Assembly: GCA_021161675.1 (NCBI GenBank)
Contig: JAGHAF010000034.1
Coordinates: 1-57,692, forward strand
Length of the DNA stretch: 57,692 bases
Direction of reading: 5' to 3'
From: Planctomycetota bacterium
GTDB lineage: Bacteria; Planctomycetota; Brocadiia; SM23-32
Part shown: positions 48,340-56,736 of the stretch, piece by piece
Layout: every line of letters starts with the position of its first letter
Numbering within the stretch: position 1 is the first letter of the stretch
Position numbers and translations under genes: made by a program
Notes under the pieces: model-generated
What the model was told of the DNA's origin: nothing
Database searches by the model: none
The model's input: the letters and a program-made list of their open reading frames with translations, nothing else

Positions 48340-49056
48340 ATGGCGCATAAGGTCTGGCTCCTCCTGGTGGCTCTACCTTTGTTTGCGGCGGGGTGTCAGA
48401 ATCCCAGGCGGGTCCGCGAGGTCCCAATGCGGGACAAGCTGGAGCCTGTGCGGCAGCCGAGCCAGAAGGACACATTTGAGGTGATCAAGCAGTATGCGCC
48501 GCTCGAGGAGCCGGCGGGGACTCGCTTTTTCTCCGCTCAGGGCGCCCCCGAATGCCCGGAGATCCCGCTCGAGCATCAGAAAGGCGCCGCCGCCGCAGTC
48601 CAACCCGCCCATACGGGATGCGTGACGCTGGTGCTGTTCTGGGCGGCGGACAACGGCAATGCGCTGTTTGCCCTTCAGCACGTCAGCGACCTGACGCAGA
48701 AATACGTGCGCTGGGGCGTCCGGGGCTTTACCGTGGTGGAGAAAACCGCGGCCGTGGGGCAAGCCGCGAAGATATGCGATTCCTACGGCTTTCAATTGCC
48801 GCTGCGTTACGACAATCTGTCCATGAAAGCCTTGAAGAAGATGGCCCGGTGTGTGGACGCGGAGGACCCGACGGCCATTCCGGCCATCTTCATCGTTGAC
48901 GCGCAGGGCCGGATTCGCTTCTACCGTCCGGGGTTCCGATACACATTCAACATCATCCAGCAGAAAGATCATCCTGGCCGCACGGGGCTGAAAGAAAGCG
49001 CCCCCGAGGGGAAAAGTATCGAGGACTACCTCAAGCGCATCCTCGAAGAACGTTAA
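48340..49056 (+). CDS. TlpA/redoxin-fold lipoprotein lacking CxxC
   Basis: Lipobox AAGC, VTLVLFWA...VSDLTQKY and AIPAIFIVDAQGRIRF. Confidence 0.75.
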   Translation: MAHKVWLLLVALPLFAAGCQNPRRVREVPMRDKLEPVRQPSQKDTFEVIKQYAPLEEPAGTRFFSAQGAPECPEIPLEHQKGAAAAVQPAHTGCVTLVLFWAADNGNALFALQHVSDLTQKYVRWGVRGFTVVEKTAAVGQAAKICDSYGFQLPLRYDNLSMKALKKMARCVDAEDPTAIPAIFIVDAQGRIRFYRPGFRYTFNIIQQKDHPGRTGLKESAPEGKSIEDYLKRILEER

Positions 49057-49412
49057 CCCGCCGTGCCTACGTTGAGCAGCACGTAGAATACCGCGGCGAT
49101 AAGCGCGAGGAGCAGCGCGTTCTCAAGCACGTAGATCAGCTTGCGGTCACCCTCCGAGCGCAGCCGCTGGTGAATGAAGAATCGGCACAACAGGAAGAGC
49201 CCGCCCGTCAGATAAATCACCGCCGCCCCCACGCCGTGCTTGCCATGCACGGTCGCGGTCCCGCCACGCAGCCCCGGCAGGTAGGCGCTCCCGTCGAGCA
49301 ACGCGTACAGGCCGTAAGCGGCCGAGAGTAGGCCCAGAATCAGTCCGATCGCATAGCTGACGAACCAGGGGCGCTTGCGGCGCTGTTCATCCGGTTGTTC
49401 TTTAACGATCAT
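49053..49412 (-). CDS. Hypothetical membrane protein (3 TM)
   Basis: Three hydrophobic segments; co-oriented with the upstream genes. Start uncertain. Confidence 0.7.
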   Translation of the reverse strand: MIVKEQPDEQRRKRPWFVSYAIGLILGLLSAAYGLYALLDGSAYLPGLRGGTATVHGKHGVGAAVIYLTGGLFLLCRFFIHQRLRSEGDRKLIYVLENALLLALIAAVFYVLLNVGTAG

Positions 49413-49447
49413 CTTCGATCGGCTTATATCACAGCGCCGCGCGCGAA

Positions 49448-50398
49448 TCAACAGGTCTGCTGCGGCAGTTGGACCTCGCGCAGACGCCCGTCGTCATCCC
49501 GCACAAGGAGCAGGTCCGCCCGGGGGGCCGTTTCCAGGATAATCTCCCGGTTTCTGCGGTCTACCTGCTCGTAATGGCGGCGGGCGTCCTGGGGGGGGCG
49601 TCCGCCGGCGACGTGCCGCGCGATCATCGCCACTCGGAGGCGTCCCGGCGGGGCGGTGATCAGCAGGCGCAGGTCCAGCAGCTCGCGAACGGCGGCCCAC
49701 TCGCCACTGCCCAGCAACAGGTAGTTGCCCTCGACGAGGACGATGCGCTGCCCGGGTGCGACGCGTATCGAGTCCGCGACAGGATTATGGAGCCGCCGGT
49801 CATATCGTGGCAACAGGACGGTCGGTTCGCTCCGGAGCCGGCGAAGGGCGCTCACGAACGATTCCACGTCGAAGGACGCCGGGGCGCCCTTTATGCGCTG
49901 GAGGCTCACGCGGCGCCCCAGTTCGTCTACTGTGTAGTGCGATTCCAACCAATCGTTCGGGTAGTGGAAGCCATCCAGGGGGCAGAGCGCGGCCGGGGCG
50001 GCCCCGTCTCCTCCCAGGCGGGCGAGAATCTCCGCCATCAGCAGCGCGAAGACCGACTTGCCCGCCGCTCCAGGACCGGTGACGCCCACCAGGCGCCGCC
50101 GTGCGCCTGACCCCGTCGGACCGCGTATCAGGCGCGCCAGCGGCAGGTAAAACCGCCAGAGCTCTTCGAGGGATAGGCGCGCCTGCACGGCATGGCCGGC
50201 CACCGTAAGCGGCAGGGAAGGGCACAGGCCCGCCGTGCGCCGCAATGCGCCGGCCCGCCAGCCCGGATCGGGTTTGTATCCCAGCCCGAGCAGAACCTTC
50301 GTGGCCGGATCGCGGCGTATAAGATCGGCGGCCAGGGGGGCGGTGAGCGCGCCCTCACTGAGCAGGTTTTTCAGCGGCGCAGCGAGCGAATCATCCAT
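49448..50398 (-). CDS. P-loop kinase, YggC/pantothenate-uridine kinase-like
   Basis: GPGAAGKS, LDGFH, KGAPASFD, YDRRLHNP and VEGNYLL. Confidence 0.85.
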   Translation of the reverse strand: MDDSLAAPLKNLLSEGALTAPLAADLIRRDPATKVLLGLGYKPDPGWRAGALRRTAGLCPSLPLTVAGHAVQARLSLEELWRFYLPLARLIRGPTGSGARRRLVGVTGPGAAGKSVFALLMAEILARLGGDGAAPAALCPLDGFHYPNDWLESHYTVDELGRRVSLQRIKGAPASFDVESFVSALRRLRSEPTVLLPRYDRRLHNPVADSIRVAPGQRIVLVEGNYLLLGSGEWAAVRELLDLRLLITAPPGRLRVAMIARHVAGGRPPQDARRHYEQVDRRNREIILETAPRADLLLVRDDDGRLREVQLPQQTC

Positions 50399-50402
50399 GA
50401 TC

Positions 50403-51479
50403 TCACATGCTGATCAGCGAGGCGGCTTCCTGCGCCGAGAGTGCGCGGACGATGGCCAGCAGGAGGTGAAGGGTGGCGTCGTAGTCGTCGGTGTGGATCA
50501 CCCCCGCGTGGCTGTGGATGTAGCGGGCGGGTATGCCGACGAGCACGCTGGGAACGCCCCGTGCGTGGACGTGGATGGCGCGCGCGTCGGTGGAGCCCTG
50601 TTCGAGCAGGCTGAGCTGGTAGGGGATGCCCTCCGCATTTGCCTGTGCGAGCACGAATTCGTTGAAACGATGGTGCGCGATTGTGCCGCCGTCCTGGACG
50701 TAGATAAGCGGCCCCTTTCCCAGCTCACTTTTGGGTTCATCTTTTATCCCAGGTGTGTCGGTGACAATCCCGACGTCCAAAACGACACAAAAATGGGGGT
50801 CAACGACGTCCACGGCGGTCTTCGCGCCACGGACGCCCACTTCCTCCTGGGTGGTGCCCACGGCGAACACGGTGTTCGGATGCTCTTCGTGCTGGAGCTG
50901 CTTGACGATGTCGACTATCAGGGCGCAGCCCACGCGGTCGTCCCATGCCTTTCCCAGCAGATATTTGTCATCGGCCATCCGTTCGAACGGCTGTCGGGGA
51001 ATGATGGGATTGCCGATCCGCACGCCCAGCTCTTCCTGCGCGTGCTCCTTGTCGCGGGCGCCGATGTCAATGAACATCGTCTTTCTCTCGATGACCTTCT
51101 TGCGTTCATCGCGTGGCATAAGATGAGGCGGGGTGCATCCGATAACGCCGGGCAGCTCGCCGTTCGCCGTCTTCACGGTCACGGTGTGCCCGAGCAGCGT
51201 CTGGTCAAGCCACCCGCCCAGGGGCGCGAAACGGATGAACCCCTCGTCGGTGATGTCCTTGACCATGAAGCCGATCTCATCCATGTGCGCAGGCAGCATG
51301 ATGCGCGGCTCGGCGCTGCTGCCCGTCTTCTTGCAGATTAGACTGCCAAGGTTATCAGTCTCGAACTCGGCGAGCCCGTCCAGTTCATCGCGCAGGCAAT
51401 CCCTGACCCGGTTTTCGAAGCCGGAGACGCCGTCCAATTCGCTCAGTTTCTTCAGCAACGCCAGGCTTTCATCGTTCAT
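50403..51479 (-). CDS. M42 family aminopeptidase
   Basis: AHMDEIG, KAWDDRVG, QEEVG.RGA, GSTDA and RYIHS. Confidence 0.93.
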   Translation of the reverse strand: MNDESLALLKKLSELDGVSGFENRVRDCLRDELDGLAEFETDNLGSLICKKTGSSAEPRIMLPAHMDEIGFMVKDITDEGFIRFAPLGGWLDQTLLGHTVTVKTANGELPGVIGCTPPHLMPRDERKKVIERKTMFIDIGARDKEHAQEELGVRIGNPIIPRQPFERMADDKYLLGKAWDDRVGCALIVDIVKQLQHEEHPNTVFAVGTTQEEVGVRGAKTAVDVVDPHFCVVLDVGIVTDTPGIKDEPKSELGKGPLIYVQDGGTIAHHRFNEFVLAQANAEGIPYQLSLLEQGSTDARAIHVHARGVPSVLVGIPARYIHSHAGVIHTDDYDATLHLLLAIVRALSAQEAASLISM

Positions 51480-51514
51480 GTTAGGTCCCTGTTTCTGAGT
51501 TTGAGGGGGCTGTT

Positions 51515-52660
51515 TCAATCTGTGTGGTCCGTGTGGCGGTATCGGGCCGCGTAGTCTTTGGTCGCATACTCGGCCACCATGTCCGCGTCCAGCGGATAGC
51601 GGCCGAACTGCCGGGCGGCGCGCACCATGGCGCGGTAGTTGGCCGGGCTGACCGACGGGTGGATGCTGTTGCTGGAGGCGAGGATCAACCCACCACCCAC
51701 ACCGCCTTTGGCGAGCGTTTCCTTGACGGCCTCGACTACCTCCTCCTCGGTTCCGCGGGGCAGCAGGTAAGAGCAGTCCACGTTGCCCGCAAGGGCGATT
51801 CTGTCCCCGTAGAGCCGCTTTACGCGCCCGATGTCCATGCCAGCTACCGGTTCGATCGGGTCCAGCGCGTCAATGCCCGTGTCTACGATCATGTCCAGTA
51901 TGCGCCAGAGGTTCCCGTCGGTATGCTTCAAGAACGGCAGGCCCGCCGTATGCGCGACATCCACCACTTCCTGCAGGTAAGGGAGCACGAACTCCTCGAA
52001 ATGCGCTGGCGACATGATGGGGCCCTGGTTATGGGCATAATCGTCCCCCGTGCACAGGACGTCCGCTCCTATCTCGGCCGCGCGCTCGAGCACGCGGGCC
52101 TTGTAGTCCGTGACGATGCGGGCCATCCGGCGCGCGAAATCCGGGTTTACCAGGTAATCCATCAGCAGGTTCTGCATGCCCCGCAGGTAGTGGGAGAACT
52201 CGAAGCCGTCGTGCCCCAGGAAGACGATTGCGCGGCGGCCCTTGAACCTGTCCACCACCATCTCCAGGCTCTTCATGCGGTAGTCCGCTTCGGGGTCCGG
52301 GGCGCTGTAGCCGTCCAGGTCCGATTCGCTCCGGATGGGGTGCTCCACCGCGTAGGGGATGCCGCTGTCGGGGACCTGCCAGACTATGCCCCATTCGTCC
52401 CGGTAGATATCGTCCTTGAGCCACTCGACGTGACCGTCTTCAAACACGGTGATGCCGTCGAGGTCTTCCATCTCGATGAAATCGGCCTGGAGCCGCGTTG
52501 CCCCCTGCGGGTCGGCCTCGTAGCTGCGCTTCTTCCCCGGGGTGAACAAATCCGGGGCGAGGCCCTCGATCACGGGACGGTTGATAATCAGTTCCCAAAG
52601 CGGCGCCCTGTCCGGCTGCTCGCGCCGGATGGCCGCCATCATTCTCTCGTAGCCGTTCAC
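51515..52660 (-). CDS. Uroporphyrinogen decarboxylase-family (MtaA/CmuA-like) protein
   Basis: DEWG, LRGMQNLLMD, GDDYA, KHTDGN, GNVDC and ASSNSIH. Confidence 0.88.
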   Translation of the reverse strand: MNGYERMMAAIRREQPDRAPLWELIINRPVIEGLAPDLFTPGKKRSYEADPQGATRLQADFIEMEDLDGITVFEDGHVEWLKDDIYRDEWGIVWQVPDSGIPYAVEHPIRSESDLDGYSAPDPEADYRMKSLEMVVDRFKGRRAIVFLGHDGFEFSHYLRGMQNLLMDYLVNPDFARRMARIVTDYKARVLERAAEIGADVLCTGDDYAHNQGPIMSPAHFEEFVLPYLQEVVDVAHTAGLPFLKHTDGNLWRILDMIVDTGIDALDPIEPVAGMDIGRVKRLYGDRIALAGNVDCSYLLPRGTEEEVVEAVKETLAKGGVGGGLILASSNSIHPSVSPANYRAMVRAARQFGRYPLDADMVAEYATKDYAARYRHTDHTD

Positions 52661-52697
52661 AGGGCTCCCCCGAATGCAAACACGAAGTCGAGCGCCG

Positions 52698-52725
52698 ATT
52701 CTAAAGCAAAGCAGGTGGATGTCAA
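52698..52725 (-). promoter_or_regulatory. Sigma70-like promoter for the URO-D/M42/kinase run
   Basis: Minus strand TTGACA-N16-TAGAAT. Confidence 0.65.
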
Positions 52726-52739
52726 GGCAGAGCCCGGTT

Positions 52740-54608
52740 CTACTCCGTGCGTTCCAGGCGCGCCGCTATTGCGCGGGCCAGGCGTTCTGATATTCCCGGG
52801 ACAGTTCTCAGCTCCTCGATAGAGGCCCGCCTGATCTTGTTGAGTCCCCCGAAGTGTTCCACCAGGCGGCGGGCCTTTTTGGGGCCGATGCCGTCGACGT
52901 CCTCCAGGGGCGATCTTGTGGCGGACTTGCGCCTGAGGAGGCGATGATACTGAATGGCGAAGCGGTGCGCCTCGTCGCGGATGCGCGTGATAAGACGGAA
53001 CCCGTAGGTGTCCTTCGGAACTTCGATCGGCTCGTCCCCCCCGGGCAGGTAGACGCGCTCGGCCTTCACCTGCCGCCCATCCTCAACGCGCGCTTTGGCC
53101 AGCGCGGCGACCGCCGCGGGGCGAATGCCCAGCTCCTCCAGCGCCTCCAACGCAGCCCCCAACTGTCCCCTCCCCCCGTCAACGAGGATCAGGTCCGGCG
53201 CCTCCGCGTCGCCCTCTTTCACCTTCCGATAGCGCCGCCGCAGCGCCTGGCGCATCATCCCGGGGTCGTCCTGTCCTTCGACGCCCCGTATCTTGTAGCG
53301 CCGATAGGAGGATTTGTCCGGCTCCCCCTCCCGGAACACGACCATTGAGCCGACGGCCTCACGTCCCTGGAGGGCCGAGATGTCGAAACATTCTACGCTC
53401 CGGGGCGGCGCATCCAGGTCCAGGATGCGTTGCAGTGACTCCATCTCCAGGCGGCGCCTCTGGACGCCCGCGGTGGCGGCCCGTTCGGCCTGCCGTGCGT
53501 TCTGATTCGCCATCTCGACCAGGCGGCGTTTCTGCCCTCGTTTGGGATGCAATATGCGAACCCGGCGGCCCTTCTTCTCGCTGAGCCAGGACTCGAGCAG
53601 CTCGGCGTCTTCCGTCTCCACGGGCGCAAGGACCTCCTCCGGGACGAACCGGTTGGCCCTGTAGAACTGGCCGAGAAAGCAGCGGAATATCTCCTCCCTG
53701 CTGTCCAGCGCCGCGGGGAAGCGGTAAGAGGCCACGTCCCTGACGTTGCCGTCCCGTACGAAAAGCGCCGCCACGCAGACATACCGGTCCAGGGCGCAGA
53801 TGCCGAACACGTCGCGGTCCACGTCCCCGGCGGATTCGGCGACGCGCTGGGACTCGACCGTCTGCCGGACGGCGCCGATGCGGTCGCGCAGGCGGGCGGC
53901 CAGCTCGAAGTCCAGATTCCGCGCCGCCTGCTCCATCTCGGCTCCAAGCCTGTTAAGCAGCTCCTCCGCATCCCCCTTGAGGAACATCACCACCTGGTCC
54001 ACGAGATCGCGGTATTGCTCCTCGGAGATCCCGTGGCAGCAAGGCGCGGCGCATTTGCCCATCTCGCCGTAAAGGCACGGCCGCCGGCGCGCACGGCACT
54101 CGCGGATGGAACACTTGCGTAGTGGGAATACGTCGCCCAGCGTCCGCAGCGTGCGGCGCGCCGCCTTCGCGCTGGCATACGGGCCGAAATACATCGCCTC
54201 GGGCTCGTCCAACCGGCGGGTGACGATCGGGCGGGGCCACGGCTCGGTCATGTCTATCTTGATGCTGACGAAACTCTTGTCGTCTCGGAAATTGACGTTG
54301 TATTTCGGGCGCATCTGCTGGATTAAGTTGCTCTCCAGCAGGAACGCTTCCTTCTCGGAAGCGGTCACGACCACGGCCACGTCTTCCACCTGGCCGATGC
54401 GCTCCGAGATGAGGCGCCTCTCCCGGCGGCCCTCCTGCCAGTAGCTGCGCACCCGCAGGCGCAGGTCCTTCGCCTTGCCCACGTAGATCACCTCGCTGCG
54501 GGCGTCCTTCATCATGTACACGCCCGGCCTGTGGGGCAGGTCGGCGATCTTCTCTTGCAGGCTGTGCGGCATCTGGATGGTCATCAGGTCACGTCCGAAA
54601 ATCACCAT
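52740..54608 (-). CDS. uvrC: Excinuclease ABC subunit C
   Basis: PGVY, IYVGKAKDL..RVRSY, FELAARLRD, ECFDIS, LVDGGRGQ, RDEAHRFA and HhH GIGPK. Alternative starts at 54584 and 54572. Confidence 0.96.
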   Translation of the reverse strand: MVIFGRDLMTIQMPHSLQEKIADLPHRPGVYMMKDARSEVIYVGKAKDLRLRVRSYWQEGRRERRLISERIGQVEDVAVVVTASEKEAFLLESNLIQQMRPKYNVNFRDDKSFVSIKIDMTEPWPRPIVTRRLDEPEAMYFGPYASAKAARRTLRTLGDVFPLRKCSIRECRARRRPCLYGEMGKCAAPCCHGISEEQYRDLVDQVVMFLKGDAEELLNRLGAEMEQAARNLDFELAARLRDRIGAVRQTVESQRVAESAGDVDRDVFGICALDRYVCVAALFVRDGNVRDVASYRFPAALDSREEIFRCFLGQFYRANRFVPEEVLAPVETEDAELLESWLSEKKGRRVRILHPKRGQKRRLVEMANQNARQAERAATAGVQRRRLEMESLQRILDLDAPPRSVECFDISALQGREAVGSMVVFREGEPDKSSYRRYKIRGVEGQDDPGMMRQALRRRYRKVKEGDAEAPDLILVDGGRGQLGAALEALEELGIRPAAVAALAKARVEDGRQVKAERVYLPGGDEPIEVPKDTYGFRLITRIRDEAHRFAIQYHRLLRRKSATRSPLEDVDGIGPKKARRLVEHFGGLNKIRRASIEELRTVPGISERLARAIAARLERTE

Positions 54609-54631
54609 GAGCCCGGTTAGCGCCGCCCCCT

Positions 54632-54660
54632 ATCATAGTGGGAAGGGCCCGCCCTGTCGA
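54632..54660 (-). promoter_or_regulatory. Sigma70-like promoter for uvrC
   Basis: Minus strand TCGACA-N17-TATGAT. Confidence 0.6.
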
Positions 54661-54858
54661 GTTTTCCGCTTCATAGTCTCACTTCACCGGAGTGAAGCGC
54701 TCGTCCCGGTAAGTGCGAGCCTTGTGGCCGTGAGAACCTCGGCAGACCGACAAAACATGGTGATGGGCGGCGCGCCAGGGAACTGACGCAGCACAAAATG
54801 TCAAAGAGCAACCGTCGCCTGCGGCCGCCGGACGTGTCGGGATATCCGAGCCCCGCCA

Positions 54859-54884
54859 ATTTTTCGCCGACGTCGGCGAAAAAT
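54859..54884. repeat. Perfect 26-bp palindrome
   Basis: ATTTTTCGCCGAC|GTCGGCGAAAAAT with no spacer. Confidence 0.8.
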
Positions 54885-55274
54885 AGAGCAGGCGAACAAC
54901 AGATAAGTGAACAGGTGAAAACGGCCAAACGTTGCGGCTTCTACGGGATTCGTTGATAGTTCGGGAATCCACTCGTCCCGCAGGTGCGGCATCAACTGCT
55001 CAACTGGTCACCCGACCCGAATGAGTTTTGTTTTGTCATAGGCCCCCTCGCCTGAGATGCGCAGCCTGCTCTGCGGGCTGCGCTTGGATTAGAAAAACGG
55101 CCGCCGGCGCGGGAGCGCGCCACGTGCATTGTCTTTCTTCGTGGTCTTCAGCTTGCCCTCCGTAGCCTCCCGGCCTTCGTAGCCGAAGCTACTTCGGCGC
55201 AGTAGGCGCTTCGCAGAGCAGCATTCCATATTGGATATTCTTGTTGTCTTAGCATTTCTCAGTTTGGTGAAGTG

Positions 55275-55487
55275 TTACTCCGGATCATCAAAGCGAAGGG
55301 AGTGGCGCAGCACGTAATCGTCGAGGGCTTCGTGGTCCACCCGCCACGCCCTGCCCACTCGCATCCCGCTCAACTCGCCCCGCTTCAGCAGGCGCCTGAT
55401 GTGCTTAGGGCTGCAGTTGAATTGGCGGGCCACTGTGTCTACGCGCAGCCAGCGCGCGGACGGACATCCACAGGTCTCACACGGCAT
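55275..55487 (-). CDS. Excisionase-like HTH (HTH_17) protein with N-terminal CxxCxC
   Basis: WLRVDTVARQFNCSPKHIRRLLKRGELSGMRVGRAWRV; GGAG RBS. Confidence 0.85.
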   Translation of the reverse strand: MPCETCGCPSARWLRVDTVARQFNCSPKHIRRLLKRGELSGMRVGRAWRVDHEALDDYVLRHSLRFDDPE

Positions 55488-55558
55488 GATGTTCTCTCCA
55501 GTTCAAATTGTCCCGATGGAAGCAAACAGAACAGGCGCCAGGGGGCAGGGGTCAGGAG

Positions 55559-55945
55559 TCAGAAAAAAACATCCGCTCTTGCCACTTGCTTCCTGTATCC
55601 TGCATCCTCCTTCGTGGTCACTGCTATCTGATAGCTGCCTTCTGCCTCGTGCCTCCTGATTTCCGCCCCCCGCCTTCGTTCGCGCGCCAGCCGCGTTCGG
55701 AACCAGTCGGCCAGCCGGCGCGGCGCCTCCTGGAAGCCGCAGCAGATCGGGCAGTATCGCAGCGTGCGGCGGTCCAACCAGCCCGTGCCCCCGCAGGCCG
55801 GACAGCTCACCTCTTCAACCCCCAGCTTCTCGCAGAAGGCCTCCAGCATTAGCTTTCCCCGCAGCGATTTTAGCCCCCGGGGCATCCGCCGGGCGATACG
55901 GCTCACAATTATTATCGCTTCCTCCCGGTCCAGGCTCTCCATCAC
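55559..55945 (-). CDS. Hypothetical zinc-finger protein
   Basis: CPACGGTG...YCPICCG; GTGA-coupled to the gam stop. Confidence 0.7.
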   Translation of the reverse strand: MMESLDREEAIIIVSRIARRMPRGLKSLRGKLMLEAFCEKLGVEEVSCPACGGTGWLDRRTLRYCPICCGFQEAPRRLADWFRTRLARERRRGAEIRRHEAEGSYQIAVTTKEDAGYRKQVARADVFF

Positions 55946-56517
55946 ACTGCGCCTCCCGTCCGCGCGGGAGATTCCGTTCGCTCACGCCCTGCGGCGCACT
56001 CAGGCCACGCCGGGCGGGGAACGCACTGGAAGCTGTCCTGTCCTTCGACGAACTGAAGCCCGCAGGGATCGAGTTGGTCCTTCGTGATGCGGCCTTCCAT
56101 CACGGCCCGTCGCAGGCCGCTGCGGTCCGGTCTCTCGGTGATGCGAATGAACTCGCCGAGCTGCGCCTGGCGCATCCGGCGGCAGACCTCCTCGGGCCTC
56201 ATCTCGTCTTTGACGAGCACGCGGTGGGGCAAGCGGCGAAATCCTACCTGTCCGAATGCGGTTTCCAGGCTCTTGCGATCGTGGGGGATGAGGATTCGCC
56301 GGTTCTGGCGGCAATATCGCTCCAGGCCGGCCCGCATCCTTTGCAACCTGCCCTCCACGGAGGTGATGGGGCGCTCGTATCGCGCCTTCAACTGCTGCAA
56401 CTGGTCATCGAACTCGGCCTGGAGGAGCTCCAGTTCCGTCTGCGCCCGTGCGATGAGGCGCAGTTTGCGGGCCACGACGGCCCGGGCTATCCGTAGGGGT
56501 TGGTCGGCTGCATTCAT
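55942..56517 (-). CDS. gam: Mu Gam-like host-nuclease inhibitor (DNA end-binding protein)
   Basis: N-terminal coiled coil, then LERYCRQNR...RKSLETAFGQVGFR, FIRITERPDR and GLQFVEGQDSF. GAGGAG RBS before ATG 56517. Confidence 0.85.
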   Translation of the reverse strand: MNAADQPLRIARAVVARKLRLIARAQTELELLQAEFDDQLQQLKARYERPITSVEGRLQRMRAGLERYCRQNRRILIPHDRKSLETAFGQVGFRRLPHRVLVKDEMRPEEVCRRMRQAQLGEFIRITERPDRSGLRRAVMEGRITKDQLDPCGLQFVEGQDSFQCVPRPAWPECAAGRERTESPARTGGAV

Positions 56518-56593
56518 GGTAAGGCTCCTCACTGCGCCGGCAGGGATTTGCGAATCCGACAGGGTTCGGGTTCGCTATTCATCTGATGCGCCT

Positions 56594-56622
56594 ATCATAT
56601 GCGTTAGCGCCTGTATTGTCAA
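56594..56622 (-). promoter_or_regulatory. Strong sigma70-like promoter driving gam
   Basis: Minus strand TTGACA-N17-TATGAT. Confidence 0.75.
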
Positions 56623-56632
56623 GATAATTAGC

Positions 56633-56650
56633 GCAATAACATATTATTGC
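56633..56650. promoter_or_regulatory. Candidate repressor operator
   Basis: GCAATAA-CATA-TTATTGC inverted repeat between the two divergent -35 boxes. Confidence 0.6.
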
Positions 56651-56651
56651 C

Positions 56652-56680
56652 TTGCATTATGCCTTATAAGTCGCTATAAT
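56652..56680 (+). promoter_or_regulatory. Sigma70-like promoter driving the repressor
   Basis: TTGCAT-N17-TATAAT. Confidence 0.75.
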
Positions 56681-56736
56681 ATCCGTAATGGATACAGCGG
56701 GGACGCCCGCGCCGTCCACAGGAAAGGAGCCCGGAC

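Noticed and set aside
54660-55270. tRNA or att site at the edge of the phage-like module
   Set aside because: No cloverleaf, T-loop or CCA pattern and no flanking direct repeat found by eye.
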